NCBI GenBank assembly: GCA_050949565.1
Contig: JBMNFY010000017.1
Coordinates: 1,408,001-1,472,000, forward strand
DNA from: Kiritimatiellia bacterium
GTDB lineage: Bacteria > Verrucomicrobiota > Kiritimatiellia > RFP12 > UBA1067
Direction: 5' to 3'
DNA: 64,000 nt
Part shown: positions 37,688 to 48,381 of the stretch, in pieces
Numbering within the stretch: position 1 is the first letter of the stretch
How the letters are laid out: every line of letters begins with the position of its first letter
Made by a program: the position numbers and the translations under genes
Notes under the pieces: model-generated
What the model was told of the DNA's origin: nothing
Databases searched by the model: none
Seen by the model: only the letters and a program-made list of their open reading frames with translations

Positions 37688-39883
37688 TCACCGGCGAGCC
37701 GCCGCGCCCATCTCAAAGACCAGCGTCCCGCCCTTCATGATGTCTGCGTGCGAGAGCTTCATGCCCGGGAATGGCTTGCCGTTGAGCGTGATGCTCTGCA
37801 CGTATTTGTTCTCCTGCGAAAGGTTCCGCGCTTCGACCGTGAAGGTGCGGCCGCGCGGCAGGCGCAACGCGATCTTGCTGATCTGCGGCGCGCCGAACAC
37901 GTAGCCGTCGTTGCACGGGTTGAAGGGATAAAATCCCATCGCGGAAAAGATATACCAAGCAGACATCTGGCCGCAATCATCATTACCGCACAGACCGTCG
38001 GGCTTGTTCTTGTACTGCGTATCGAAAATCTCGCGGATCAGCTCCTGCGTGCGCCACGGCTGGCCTGCGTAATTGAAAAGGTAGGCCGTGTGGTGGCTGG
38101 GCTCGTTGCCGTGCGCGTACTGGCCGATCAGGCCGGTGACATCGAGCACAAAGCCCGCGCCTTCGGTCTTGGTCGGGAGCGTGAAGAGCGTATTGAGTTT
38201 GGCGGCGGTGGCGGCCTTGCCGCCCATGAGCGTGACCAGCCCTTCGGGATCGTGCTGCACATGCCAGGTGTACTGCCAGGCGTTGCCCTCGGTGTAGTCA
38301 TAGCCGCTGTGCTCGCCGTGGTTCAGCTTCATCGGATCGAACGGCGTGCGCCAGTTGCCCTTGGAGTCGCGGCCGCGCATGAAGCCGGTTTCCGGGCAGA
38401 AGAGGTTTTTGTAGAACCCCGCCCGCTTGGAGAAAGTTTCCGCGTCGTCGTATTTATCCAGCGCCTTGGCGAACTGCGCGGCGCAATAGTCGTCGTAGGC
38501 ATACTCCAGCGTGCGCGAGACGCTCTCGCCCTTGATGATGTCGAACGGCAGATAGCCGTAGCGCGTGTAGACATCCCAGTCCGACTTGGGGTGATTGACC
38601 GTGAGCGATGTCTTGACGGCGTCGAACGCGGCCTCGGCGTTGAAGCCGCGGAAGCCCTTGAGATAGGCGTCGGCGATGACCGGTATCGAGTGGTTGCCGA
38701 TCATGCAGTGGTTCTCCTTGCCCCACAACGTCCAGATCGGCAGATAGCCCTGTGCCTTGTGGTGCGCGATCATGGTTTTGACAAAGCCGTTCACGCGCTC
38801 GGGTGCCAGAATCGTGTAGAGCGGGTGCGCCGCGCGGTAGGTGTCCCAGAGCGAGAGCGTCGAGTAGTAGGTCTTGTCCGGCGCGGTCAGTACTTTGTCG
38901 TCTGCGCCGCGATAGCGTCCGTCCACATCTGTGATATTGTTCGGCTGGATGAACAGGTGGTACATCGCAGTGTAGAAGTTCTCCTTTTGATCGAGCGTCC
39001 CTTCGATCTTGGCGCGAGAGAGCAGGGCGTTCCACGCTGTTTTGGTCTGAGCGCGTACCTTCGTGAAGTTCCAATGCGGGATCTCGGCGGCCAGATTCTT
39101 TTTGGCTCCATCGACGCTGACCGTCGAGAGCGCCACCTTGACCTGCAAGGTCTCGCCGGGCTTGAGGTCGAAGTCCAGCACATAGCGCGGAGCCTTCTCG
39201 CCCTTCTGCGCCGGGAGCTGGCGGATTGCGGCGTAGGGTTTGTCGAACTTGATGACATAGAAGTAGTGGCGCTTGACCCATGCTTGAGCCTGGTTGTGGC
39301 CGCTGATCGTCATGGCGTCTTCGACCGTCACGTCGCTGGCCAGAATGTGCGTGCGCAGCGCATCCTTGCCGCTGACGATGCCGTACTGCAAATCGACCAG
39401 CAGACGTGCGGGCGCGGCGTCCTTGAAGGTGTAGCGGTGGAAGGCCACGCGCGGCGAGGCGGTCAGCTCGACATCCACGCCGAAGTCATCCAAGGTCACT
39501 GCATAGTAGCCGGGCTTGGCCTGCTGCGTCTCCTTGCGGTAGCGGCTGTGATAATTCTCGCGTTCGATCGGTCCTGTGAACGGCTGGAGCTGGATGTCGC
39601 CGAGGTCGGGGCAACCCGTTCCGTTGAGGTGGGTCTGCGAGAATCCCCAGATTTTCTCGTCAAGGTACATGTAGCCGGAACAGTAGGCCCAGGTGCAGTT
39701 ACCGGTATCGGGGCTGGGCTGCACCAGTCCGAACGGGAAGCAGGCACCGGGGAAGGTGTGGCCGTTGTCGGCCGCGCCGATAAAGGGGTTCACGTACTGC
39801 GTGAGATCCCGCTCCGAACTACGGAAGGGGCAGGTGCATCCGGCGATCAGCGCCAGAAGCAAAAGACCAGTGATTTTTTTCAT
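37688..39883 (-). CDS. GH92 alpha-mannosidase (lipoprotein)
   Basis: YVNPFIG, GHTFPGA..PFG.VQPSPDT, SLWDTYRA.HPL, SRTLEYAYDD, YTEGNAWQY, HGNEPSHH, GNDDCGQMSAWY; lipobox LIAGC. Confidence 0.95.
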   Translation of the reverse strand: MKKITGLLLLALIAGCTCPFRSSERDLTQYVNPFIGAADNGHTFPGACFPFGLVQPSPDTGNCTWAYCSGYMYLDEKIWGFSQTHLNGTGCPDLGDIQLQPFTGPIERENYHSRYRKETQQAKPGYYAVTLDDFGVDVELTASPRVAFHRYTFKDAAPARLLVDLQYGIVSGKDALRTHILASDVTVEDAMTISGHNQAQAWVKRHYFYVIKFDKPYAAIRQLPAQKGEKAPRYVLDFDLKPGETLQVKVALSTVSVDGAKKNLAAEIPHWNFTKVRAQTKTAWNALLSRAKIEGTLDQKENFYTAMYHLFIQPNNITDVDGRYRGADDKVLTAPDKTYYSTLSLWDTYRAAHPLYTILAPERVNGFVKTMIAHHKAQGYLPIWTLWGKENHCMIGNHSIPVIADAYLKGFRGFNAEAAFDAVKTSLTVNHPKSDWDVYTRYGYLPFDIIKGESVSRTLEYAYDDYCAAQFAKALDKYDDAETFSKRAGFYKNLFCPETGFMRGRDSKGNWRTPFDPMKLNHGEHSGYDYTEGNAWQYTWHVQHDPEGLVTLMGGKAATAAKLNTLFTLPTKTEGAGFVLDVTGLIGQYAHGNEPSHHTAYLFNYAGQPWRTQELIREIFDTQYKNKPDGLCGNDDCGQMSAWYIFSAMGFYPFNPCNDGYVFGAPQISKIALRLPRGRTFTVEARNLSQENKYVQSITLNGKPFPGMKLSHADIMKGGTLVFEMGAAARR

Positions 39884-40045
39884 AATGCGGGCCTTTCGGT
39901 ATAGGACACATATACTATAACAGGCAGAACCTACTCAAACAAGCCGGAGCGTGTTAGCGCATGAGTTTGTTTGGCGCTGCTCGGCTGCCAGGTTGCCGAC
40001 AGTGGCGGTGTAAACACCGCCCACAGGACTGGACCGCGCGCCGCC

Positions 40046-43000
40046 TCACTCGCGTGTTTGGCGGATGCGGAAGAAGGCGCGGGCGGGCAAGTTCAGTGCG
40101 GCCGGATCAAGCGTGTAACTGAGCACGGCACCGGTACCCGCGACCGGCGTGTCTGCGTTGACCGGAAGCCAGACGGGAGCGGCCAGGTCCGCGCACCACT
40201 CAATGGTGTAGAAGGTGTGCGGTTTGCTCGCCCATTTCAGTTCTAGGTTGTCGCCCGCCGCAGTCGTCGTCAGTGCGGTAACGCTCAGATTGCGCGTGTC
40301 GACCACTAGCCTGATCGTCGTGCTCAGCGCTGCGCCGGCACCGTCGAAGGCGCGTACGCGGAAGCTGAATGATCCGGTCTGGTCGGCGCGCGGCTGCCAC
40401 TGCACGTGTCCGGTCTCGGAGTCGATCGTCAGTCCTTCTGGACCATCGGACGACAACCTGTAGGTGAAGACGTTGGGCGGTAGGTCGGGATCGTTGTAAC
40501 GCAGTCGCACGGAGAAGGGCTCTTCTCGCCAGAGCATGAAGGTGGTGGGCGAAACGTAGGTGAAGGGCCGGTTGACCTCGTTGACGCGGATGGTCACCTG
40601 CGCGGTGCTGAAGACGCTCGGATCGTCGGCGTCCTCGGCGATTACGGTGATAAGATAATCGCCCGGCCCGTCCGGCTCATCTGTCTGCCAAGTGAACACG
40701 CCGGTTTCGGCATTGAAGACGGCGTTCGAGGGCAACGCGCCCTCTAGCCGCAGGCGCGTCGTGGTGGGATAAGGCGGCATCTCTTCCGCGCGCGTGACGG
40801 TCACGGTGAAAGCGGCGATCTGGCCTTCGTCGACCGTGATATCCACAAGCGGACCGAGTTGCGGGCGGCTGGGTGTTTCCAGTACGCACAGGGTCAGCAG
40901 GGTTTCGTCACAGCCGACTACGCTCAAACCGTCAACCAAGAAGCCGCAGAGGCGCAATGCGTAGAGGCCGGGGCCCTGTGCTTCGCTCGGGGTCCAGGTC
41001 AGTACGCCGCTCTCGGTGTCGAACTGAAGGCCCTCGGGCAGTGCGTCGCCTTCGGTCGGGAAAAGACGGAAGGTGAAAGCGGCGGGCCGCGTCACCGCGA
41101 GGGTGTTGGTGCAGGTGAACGGCTCCTCCTCGCGCAAGACGTAGGGGCCGGGCTGCGCGATCAGCGCTTCCGTGAAGCGTGGGTTGCGGTTGGGCGCGCC
41201 GGGGGTCGGGTTGTCGAAGCGTACGAGATCGCCAGATGCGCCGTTGAACCAGCGGCCCATGCTGGCGGTACCGATCTGTTCGGTCGCGTACTCAAGGCGA
41301 TCGGCCAGTGCCAGCGTCGGTGTGAAGAGACAGATGCGGTCGCCGCTCTTGCTGAGGCCGAAGGGCGCCTGGAGGTTCGCGGGATCGACCGGCAGCGATG
41401 CGGCGTCTTTCGCACCGGTCCAGATACGCAGTGCCGCGCCGGGCGCGAGTACCACACCCGCCGGAATGACCAGCGCTTTGGAGGTGCGCAGGTCCGGCGT
41501 CGGCGGCGATTCGCTGGTCAGGGTGTCGGTGACGACCCAGCCGCCGAGATCGACCGGTTCCGTACCATCGTTGAACAGCTCGAACCAATCATCCTTCTTG
41601 CCGGTAAGCGGGTTGGTAAAGAGGTCGTTCTGCGCCATGAACTCATTGACCACAATGCAGCACTGCGGTCGGTCGGCGCGGTTGGGTGCGCCGGGCGTGG
41701 CGGGGTGGAGCCAACGGCGCTGGTCCGGCGAGCCATCGGGCCAAGCGCCCCATGCCATGTCATCGGCGCAATCGGTAATCTCTAAGGCATCGACCACCAC
41801 CGTGCGGCCATCGAGCGGCGCACGCAGCAGCAGCGTGCCGGAAACAAAATCGAAGCGGAAGCTGGCGTGCAGGTGGCCGGGGGCGCTCTCGTTGGGTTCG
41901 GCATCAAGCCAGACACGCAGGAATGCGCCGGGGTCGATCAAGGTGTCGGGCGGGAAACTCCAACCGGGGTCGCTCTGCGCTGTGGACAGTGTCCAGCCAT
42001 CCAGCGCCACCGCGTTGGTGCCGCTGTTGTAGAGTTCTACCCACGGTTCACGCTCGCCGACGTTGTCGATGGCACCGGTCAGATTGCGCGGCTGGAGTTC
42101 GTTGAGCCAGACCGCCGGCAGGGCCGTGGGCGTCAGCGAGGAGACGTTGGACGCGCCTGGTGTACATGTGACGATTGAGGTCGTCATGATGTCGAGCGTC
42201 ATGCCAAATACGAGGTCGGAGCTGGCACCCTGATTCTGATGGACGCTGACAGCCAGAGTATTGAGGCCGTTGTGCAGAGCGGTGGCGGGTAGCTCGAAGA
42301 CCCCTTGTATTTGGCCTTCCGGCTGGATGTGTGTGGTCGCGACGCTGCTGTCGGTCAGCGGACCGACAGGCATCAACGACGAACGGTGAATCTCTTCGCC
42401 GTTGAGGTAGAAGGCGGCCGCGTCGTCGAGCATGTAGGTGAGCCGTAGCGTGGCGTTGGCGGGATTGCCGCTGTAAGCGAACTTCGTGCGGAAGTAATAG
42501 ACGACACGTCCGCTCACCTTGGGGATGGTAGTGGCGAGCGGGATCGGCAGCGGGTCGGTTTCGAAACCCAGCGGGCCGCGACCGGCGGACCACGCCGCGT
42601 CGTTAAAGGCGGGCACGGTCCATGTGTCGCCGGGATAGTCAGTGAGATAGGACCAGATGTGCGCCCACGGCACGACGGTCACGGTGTTGCTGGTGACGGC
42701 ACTTCCCGCCGCCCAGTTGGCTGGCCGGTTGTTGTCGAGCGCGGGGTTGATGAGTTGCAGGGCGGTGCCCGGCGACACAGCCTCGGGCCAAGGGTAGCGG
42801 TCGCCGTAAGTCACGCGGTCAAGCATTGGGTCGTCAGGCTCGAAGCCCGTCGCGCGCCGGTGCAGGCACAGGGTGCCGGCCAACGGCAGGACACCGCTGT
42901 AGGTGCCGACGACCCGTTGCCGCGCACTGGTGCCGTAGACCTGCGCAATCGCATCAGGGTCAGCCGCGATGATCAGGCACTCGCCGGGGTCTAAGCGTGT

Positions 43001-46000
43001 ACCGCTGGGGAAGGCGAAGGTGACCGCTCCGTCCAGATAGACGCCGGTCAGGTTCATGCATGTTGAGGCCGAGCGGTTGGCGATCTCGATGTATGCGGCG
43101 GTGTTGGTGACCGGATGCGCCATGATCTCGCTGATCACGAGGTAACCCTCCAGCGGATCGAGCGGCGTGCCGGTGTAGACGATCGTGCGGGTGATGTTAC
43201 CGCCGGGCAGGCGTGTACCGTCGGCGGTGAAGGCCTCGATCTGGAAGGCGTTGGTACCGTTATTGAGCACCACCTGTGCGCTCCACATGGTGGACGAGGT
43301 CCACGTGACGGGAGTCTCCGCACCGTTGATGCGCAGGGTGGTGACCGCGAAGGGCGCATCACCGGAGAGAGTCAGGATATTGACGGCGGCCTCCGACGTG
43401 GCTGCGGCCGGCGACGTCACGCGGAATGCGCTGGCGTTGGCGGCGGCGAGCTGACTGGCCACGTTGGCGCGCCGCGTCTCGACATTTGCGAAATGGGCAT
43501 TGTAATCGCCGTTGAGCACGGTGGCGTCGGCGCGTAGCGCGTCGTACTTGGCGCGTGTCCAGGTGCGCAGCGCGGGATCAGCCGAGGCGGCGAGCAACTT
43601 CTCGATGGCCCGCCAGAAGACACGCGCCACGACGGGATGTTTCAAGAAGGTCCGCATCGTCGGGTCATCGGTCATGAATGTGGCGAGCGAAGGATTGATC
43701 GGATCGGTCAGCGGACGGTTCGCGCCAAACGAGACATCGAGGTCCCAGGCGACGAGTTGCCAGCCGGCAGCGCTGTCGTAGAGGTACATATTTTTGCCAC
43801 GGTTGAAGCCGTAGGTGTCGTAGTTGCCGGCGAACTGGTTCATGGCGATCACGCCGACGAAGCCGTCGAGGTTGATCTCCTGCTGGATGCGCTGCGTGTA
43901 GGTGGCGGGATCGGTCGTGTTAAGCATCTCGACCAGCGAGAAGAAGTTGGCGTAGTCATTGGCGCAGAAATTGTCATAGCCGCGCCTTTGCCAGTTCCAA
44001 CGGTAACGACCGGTTTTAAACACCTGACCGCCACCGTCCGGCGCATCGGTCCGATACGGCTGCAGGCGCGCGGTGATGATCGAAAAAGACGAGATATCGA
44101 GTGTGTACTCGAACCAGTCGTCGATCTTGAAGAGGTCGTTGTCGTCGTCTTCCGGGAACCAGTGTTTGATGTAGCTGGCATTGGGTTTCTCGGTGTCCTC
44201 GTAGATCTTTTTACTGAACTGCTCGGTGCCGTTGGCGTAGACGTGAACAAAACGGCGGTGGACATGCGGCAGCCCGAGCGCCTGCACCAACGAGTAGCAA
44301 AACTGCTCGCGGATGCCGATGTCGTCGTTGCCGAGGTTGCCGACGGTCGAGAGCACCATGCCGTCATCATCAAGTACGGTGTCGTCGCTCTGGAAAACCG
44401 CCTCGTAATCAACGGTGCCGGTGCCGATCGGCGACGAATAGTTGCTGTGAAACGGACTGCCGGCGTACATCATGGCGGCATGGTAAAGCACGCGGTCGTT
44501 GCCATAGATGAAGGTGGCGTCGACCGGCGCGTTACTGGCCCGTTCGCGGCGAGTCCAGTAATCGATATTCTCCTGCGTCATCCAGAAGCGGTAGATGCCG
44601 AAGGCGCGGCTGTCGAGCGGTTCGCTGAAACGTATCAGGCACTCGCGCTCGGGGGCGTTGGCCGGGAAGCGGGCGTAGGCGGTAGGCACGCTGCAATCCG
44701 CAGCTTCGATATGGAAGGCGACCAACGCGCCTGCGGGCATCCCTGCCGGAATGTTAGCCGACAGAAAACCGGCCGCGCACGGCCGCATGGGCACCCGGTT
44801 GGTGACGGCCTGGCCTTGCACGCGATAGACAAGGTACGCCCGCGCGAGGCCGTCGGGATCGTGCAACCGCGCATAGACGGTGACCTCTTCACCGGTGCGC
44901 GGCAGGAGAGGCTGGTGGATCACGTCATAGATCGCGGGGGCGGCGTTGGCGGCGCGGCTGTTGGGTTGGCCGGGTGAACCGAGCGCGCGCGTGGTGAGAA
45001 TCGGAGCACAGGCTTCCAGCCAGTTGCCGCGCGTGCGGATCAGCAACTCGGGGCAGCCGGAGATCCAGCGGACACGGGCACGGATGGTGCCGGTGCCGCT
45101 CTTGGGCAGCGTGGCGCTCATGGCGCCGCGGATGACGTTCATGCCGGTGTGGACGCGGTCGGAGGCGCGTAACCTGAGCACGCGCTGGCTATCGAAAGCG
45201 TCGGCGACCGGTTCGATCGCGGAGCGGTCGTGCGTGCCCATGAAACGCCAGTCGGGCGTATCGTGCTCGAACGACGGATTGTTGACGAGGTTCGCGCCGC
45301 CCGCCGCGCGCACCTCGACGGCATCGATCAAGCATTCGCCGGCATCCATTAGCCCGATGTGCATCTCGTTCGGGTCGCCGTTGGAACTGGCGGTGAAGCC
45401 GTGGTCGATGCGTCCGGTGAACTCGATCGTGGTCCACGCGCTCTTCTGCGATTCGTCGCTGGCGGCCCAACTGCGTGCGAGTGTGGGGTCGGTGCGCGGA
45501 TCAATCCGTTCGAGCGAACTGCCGCCGCCGTCCGCCAGTATGTGCCACTCGCCGCCGTCGCGGTAGGTGACACGCTCCACGACCGTGTTGTTTGTGGTGA
45601 CGGAAGGCGCGAGCGGGTCGGTCGTGTCCATCACCGGCACCGGTTGCGAGAGTGTGACGGTATCGCGTTTATTACCGAGTGAGCCGCTGAAACCATCGGG
45701 CGTGGCGAGCGCCGCGCAATCGGGATAGAGCTGTGCAAAAGCGGCGGGATTGCGCGGCACGACCAGATAGCCGCCGGCCGGGATGCTGAGCGACCTGAAG
45801 GTATACGCGATGCCGCCGCCCAGCTTCCAGCCGTCGAGGTTTACGCTCTGCGTGCCGGGGTTGAAGAGTTCGACATACTCCTCGTCTTTGCGCTCGGAGA
45901 TGGGGTTGTACATGATCTCATTGAGCACAACCGGCGCGGGGCGGCGCGGGGTGTTGGGCTCACCCGGCGTAGGCGTCACCAGAATATTCCAGCGCGCATC

Positions 46001-47998
46001 GCCATCGGGGAAACGGCCGTGCGCGACACCGATCTGCTGGTCGTCCAGGCGCAGAGCGTCGATCACATAGCCGCCGGACGCGGCGGGTGCGAAGAGCCAG
46101 ACGGTGTCGCCGCTACCGTTGATCAGGAAGCCGAGCGTAGATTCGTGAAAGACGAGGAAACCGCGCGCGGGGAGTTGGGTGCCGTCGGGGATGAGGTAGC
46201 CGGGTGCGCTGAGGTCGCTGCGTTTGAGCACGCAGCCGCCGAGCGCGAGCGGGGTGTCGGCGAGATTGTGCAACTCGATGAAGCCGGGGGTCGCGCCGGA
46301 GTGGGCCAGCACTTCGTTGATCAGCACGGCCTCGAAGGCGGTGGGACGCGCGGGGTCTGCCGCGCCGGGCGAACCGCCGGGCAAGGCCGAGGCCGACCAG
46401 CCGTCGGCATCACGCTCACCGTAGGAGGGGCGGGCGAGGACCAGAGTGTGGCCCGAGCCGTTGGCGGCGACCGGCCACGACGGGCCGTCGCCGTAGGTCA
46501 CGGTGCTGAGCCAAGCGCCGTGCTCGTCGTACAGCGTGATTTCGCCGCTGTCGTCGAAGGCGTAGGCCTCGAAACCGCCCAACACCCGTTGCAGGCCGGT
46601 GACCGCCATGACATCGGCGGGCGACGGTGCCACGACAAGATAGCCGTTGGCGGCCAGCACGGTGCCGGTCGGGAGCGTGTAGTCGAAGACGCCGGAGAGG
46701 CGGTAGCCGCTGATGTCCTGAAAGAACGGGTTGGAGTTGTACAGCTCCACAAAGCGCAGGTCGCGGCCATCGCTGCGGGCGGCGGGCGTGTGGTTGATCT
46801 CGGTGATGGCGATCGAGGTACGGCGCGAGGAGGGGCCGGGCGATTCGCGTCCGCCGTACACGAGAGCCGCAGGCACCGGTGCATTAAGCGGCGGGGTGAA
46901 GGCATAGCTGGTGAGCGTCAGCGTGTTCGCCGGCACGGCGCAATCCTGCACAGTGAGCGTCAACGTGTGGGACACGCCGGCGGTCAGCGGGGTGTCCATG
47001 TGCAACGCCACACCGGAACCGTCTTCCAGCAACGTCGCGCGAAGCACCGCGTGGCCGCTGACAGCATAGTTGGCGGGGTTGGTGGCCGAAGCGGGAGCGA
47101 GCGGCTCGGAGAAGGAAAGCGCTAGGATACGGCGGTCGTGGAAAACACTCCAGTCGGTCAGCGCAGGCGTGGTGACGTCCGGCACGAGGCGGTAGCAGGC
47201 GGCGGCGCTGGTGACGGTACCGACCAGATTGGAGAGCACACAGCGGAAGAGGCGGTTGCTGTTGGCGAAATCGGCCGTCAGCGTGTAGCTAGGTGCCGTC
47301 GCGCCGGGAATGTTCACGCCGTCGCGCTGCCACTGATAGGTAACGCCGCCTCGGCGCACGGCTTCGACCGAGAAGGTGGCGTTGCGCAGGCCGGCCCATT
47401 GCTCCTCGATGTCAAGCGAGACCGGCTGCGTCCGGATGACAGGCGGATCGAGGTAGGGCGTCAGCACGGCGGCCGGGATGACATTGGTGGCGGTGGTGCC
47501 GGGCACTTGCCAGGCCACAGCGAGGTTATCGCCGCCGCTGTTTTCCTTCTGGAGCACCTCGATGTAGTAGCGCGTGCCGGCGGTGAGGGTGATCGGTGCG
47601 GACTTCTGATTGGCCTCTTTGGTCCACTCGCGTGAACTGGTCCAGCCCGAGACATAGGCGATGCGCCGACGCGAGGCGGGTGTGTGGTCGGTGCCGAGCC
47701 AGAGTTCGCCGCCGTCGTCGGTCGCCACCCAGAAGGTGTAGGAACCGGTGACCGACGGGGTCAGCAACGCCCGCACGCGCTGGCCGTAGTAGTCGGCCAC
47801 GTTGACGCCGGTTTCGAGCTGATTGTTGACGACCTCTTCGACGGTCGGCGAATCAGGAAACGCGGCGGCAGCGGTCAGGTCCGCGACGCGGTTGCCGGGG
47901 ATGCCGGCATAGTATTCACGGTAAAAGCCCTGCTGAGCGCCGAGCGGCAAGCTGACGCAAGCGAGAGCGACGGCTACTAAACAGAGCGACACACGCAT
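40046..47998 (-). CDS. Giant secreted PA14 / Ig / lamin-tail (LTD) / CotH-kinase / cadherin-like protein
   Basis: PA14 (YTFWVATDDGGELW); several LTD starts (ITEIN, LINEV, VLNEIMYNP, VISEIMAHP, WLNEL, VVNEFMAQN); CotH core (YDTYGFNRGKNMYLY...VAWDLDVSFG); WTPSEAQGPG repeats. Confidence 0.85.
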   Translation of the reverse strand: MRVSLCLVAVALACVSLPLGAQQGFYREYYAGIPGNRVADLTAAAAFPDSPTVEEVVNNQLETGVNVADYYGQRVRALLTPSVTGSYTFWVATDDGGELWLGTDHTPASRRRIAYVSGWTSSREWTKEANQKSAPITLTAGTRYYIEVLQKENSGGDNLAVAWQVPGTTATNVIPAAVLTPYLDPPVIRTQPVSLDIEEQWAGLRNATFSVEAVRRGGVTYQWQRDGVNIPGATAPSYTLTADFANSNRLFRCVLSNLVGTVTSAAACYRLVPDVTTPALTDWSVFHDRRILALSFSEPLAPASATNPANYAVSGHAVLRATLLEDGSGVALHMDTPLTAGVSHTLTLTVQDCAVPANTLTLTSYAFTPPLNAPVPAALVYGGRESPGPSSRRTSIAITEINHTPAARSDGRDLRFVELYNSNPFFQDISGYRLSGVFDYTLPTGTVLAANGYLVVAPSPADVMAVTGLQRVLGGFEAYAFDDSGEITLYDEHGAWLSTVTYGDGPSWPVAANGSGHTLVLARPSYGERDADGWSASALPGGSPGAADPARPTAFEAVLINEVLAHSGATPGFIELHNLADTPLALGGCVLKRSDLSAPGYLIPDGTQLPARGFLVFHESTLGFLINGSGDTVWLFAPAASGGYVIDALRLDDQQIGVAHGRFPDGDARWNILVTPTPGEPNTPRRPAPVVLNEIMYNPISERKDEEYVELFNPGTQSVNLDGWKLGGGIAYTFRSLSIPAGGYLVVPRNPAAFAQLYPDCAALATPDGFSGSLGNKRDTVTLSQPVPVMDTTDPLAPSVTTNNTVVERVTYRDGGEWHILADGGGSSLERIDPRTDPTLARSWAASDESQKSAWTTIEFTGRIDHGFTASSNGDPNEMHIGLMDAGECLIDAVEVRAAGGANLVNNPSFEHDTPDWRFMGTHDRSAIEPVADAFDSQRVLRLRASDRVHTGMNVIRGAMSATLPKSGTGTIRARVRWISGCPELLIRTRGNWLEACAPILTTRALGSPGQPNSRAANAAPAIYDVIHQPLLPRTGEEVTVYARLHDPDGLARAYLVYRVQGQAVTNRVPMRPCAAGFLSANIPAGMPAGALVAFHIEAADCSVPTAYARFPANAPERECLIRFSEPLDSRAFGIYRFWMTQENIDYWTRRERASNAPVDATFIYGNDRVLYHAAMMYAGSPFHSNYSSPIGTGTVDYEAVFQSDDTVLDDDGMVLSTVGNLGNDDIGIREQFCYSLVQALGLPHVHRRFVHVYANGTEQFSKKIYEDTEKPNASYIKHWFPEDDDNDLFKIDDWFEYTLDISSFSIITARLQPYRTDAPDGGGQVFKTGRYRWNWQRRGYDNFCANDYANFFSLVEMLNTTDPATYTQRIQQEINLDGFVGVIAMNQFAGNYDTYGFNRGKNMYLYDSAAGWQLVAWDLDVSFGANRPLTDPINPSLATFMTDDPTMRTFLKHPVVARVFWRAIEKLLAASADPALRTWTRAKYDALRADATVLNGDYNAHFANVETRRANVASQLAAANASAFRVTSPAAATSEAAVNILTLSGDAPFAVTTLRINGAETPVTWTSSTMWSAQVVLNNGTNAFQIEAFTADGTRLPGGNITRTIVYTGTPLDPLEGYLVISEIMAHPVTNTAAYIEIANRSASTCMNLTGVYLDGAVTFAFPSGTRLDPGECLIIAADPDAIAQVYGTSARQRVVGTYSGVLPLAGTLCLHRRATGFEPDDPMLDRVTYGDRYPWPEAVSPGTALQLINPALDNNRPANWAAGSAVTSNTVTVVPWAHIWSYLTDYPGDTWTVPAFNDAAWSAGRGPLGFETDPLPIPLATTIPKVSGRVVYYFRTKFAYSGNPANATLRLTYMLDDAAAFYLNGEEIHRSSLMPVGPLTDSSVATTHIQPEGQIQGVFELPATALHNGLNTLAVSVHQNQGASSDLVFGMTLDIMTTSIVTCTPGASNVSSLTPTALPAVWLNELQPRNLTGAIDNVGEREPWVELYNSGTNAVALDGWTLSTAQSDPGWSFPPDTLIDPGAFLRVWLDAEPNESAPGHLHASFRFDFVSGTLLLRAPLDGRTVVVDALEITDCADDMAWGAWPDGSPDQRRWLHPATPGAPNRADRPQCCIVVNEFMAQNDLFTNPLTGKKDDWFELFNDGTEPVDLGGWVVTDTLTSESPPTPDLRTSKALVIPAGVVLAPGAALRIWTGAKDAASLPVDPANLQAPFGLSKSGDRICLFTPTLALADRLEYATEQIGTASMGRWFNGASGDLVRFDNPTPGAPNRNPRFTEALIAQPGPYVLREEEPFTCTNTLAVTRPAAFTFRLFPTEGDALPEGLQFDTESGVLTWTPSEAQGPGLYALRLCGFLVDGLSVVGCDETLLTLCVLETPSRPQLGPLVDITVDEGQIAAFTVTVTRAEEMPPYPTTTRLRLEGALPSNAVFNAETGVFTWQTDEPDGPGDYLITVIAEDADDPSVFSTAQVTIRVNEVNRPFTYVSPTTFMLWREEPFSVRLRYNDPDLPPNVFTYRLSSDGPEGLTIDSETGHVQWQPRADQTGSFSFRVRAFDGAGAALSTTIRLVVDTRNLSVTALTTTAAGDNLELKWASKPHTFYTIEWCADLAAPVWLPVNADTPVAGTGAVLSYTLDPAALNLPARAFFRIRQTRE

Positions 47999-48107
47999 GA
48001 GGGCATCCTTCGGTCCGAAGACCAGAAACAAACAGACCTTCTGCCCGCTATTGTAGCGTGTCAGGGGGAGGGTGAACAGCGAATAACGAATTCAGTCTTT
48101 TAGGCTT

Positions 48108-48329
48108 TTATATCACGCGTTCGACCACGATCTCAGGGTCGATCGACTCCCGCAAGCAGCGCTCGATGCCCTGCTTGAGCGTCATTGTGGCGTGCGGGCA
48201 ACTCCCGCAGGCACCGCGCAGGCGCAGCTTGACCGTTTTACCTTCAATCGCCACCACGTCCATGTCGCCGCCATCCGACTGCAACATGCCGCGAAGTTCT
48301 TCCAGTTTGGCCTGAATCTGTTCCGTCAT
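48108..48329 (-). CDS. NifU-C/NfuA-like Fe-S carrier
   Basis: LQSDGGD...LRLRGACGSCP...TLKQGIE; AAGGAG RBS. Confidence 0.92.
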   Translation of the reverse strand: MTEQIQAKLEELRGMLQSDGGDMDVVAIEGKTVKLRLRGACGSCPHATMTLKQGIERCLRESIDPEIVVERVI

Positions 48330-48381
48330 TGTGGACTCCTTCTCAAAAGGCGGTATGATGCCGAAAACGCGCCGTGCCGTC

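Noticed and set aside
37748-39904. Long antisense ORFs (also 55605-57179, 48586-50223, 13557-15161, 35043-36329, 5297-6685)
   Set aside because: Shadow frames of well-supported genes, expected from high-GC codon bias.
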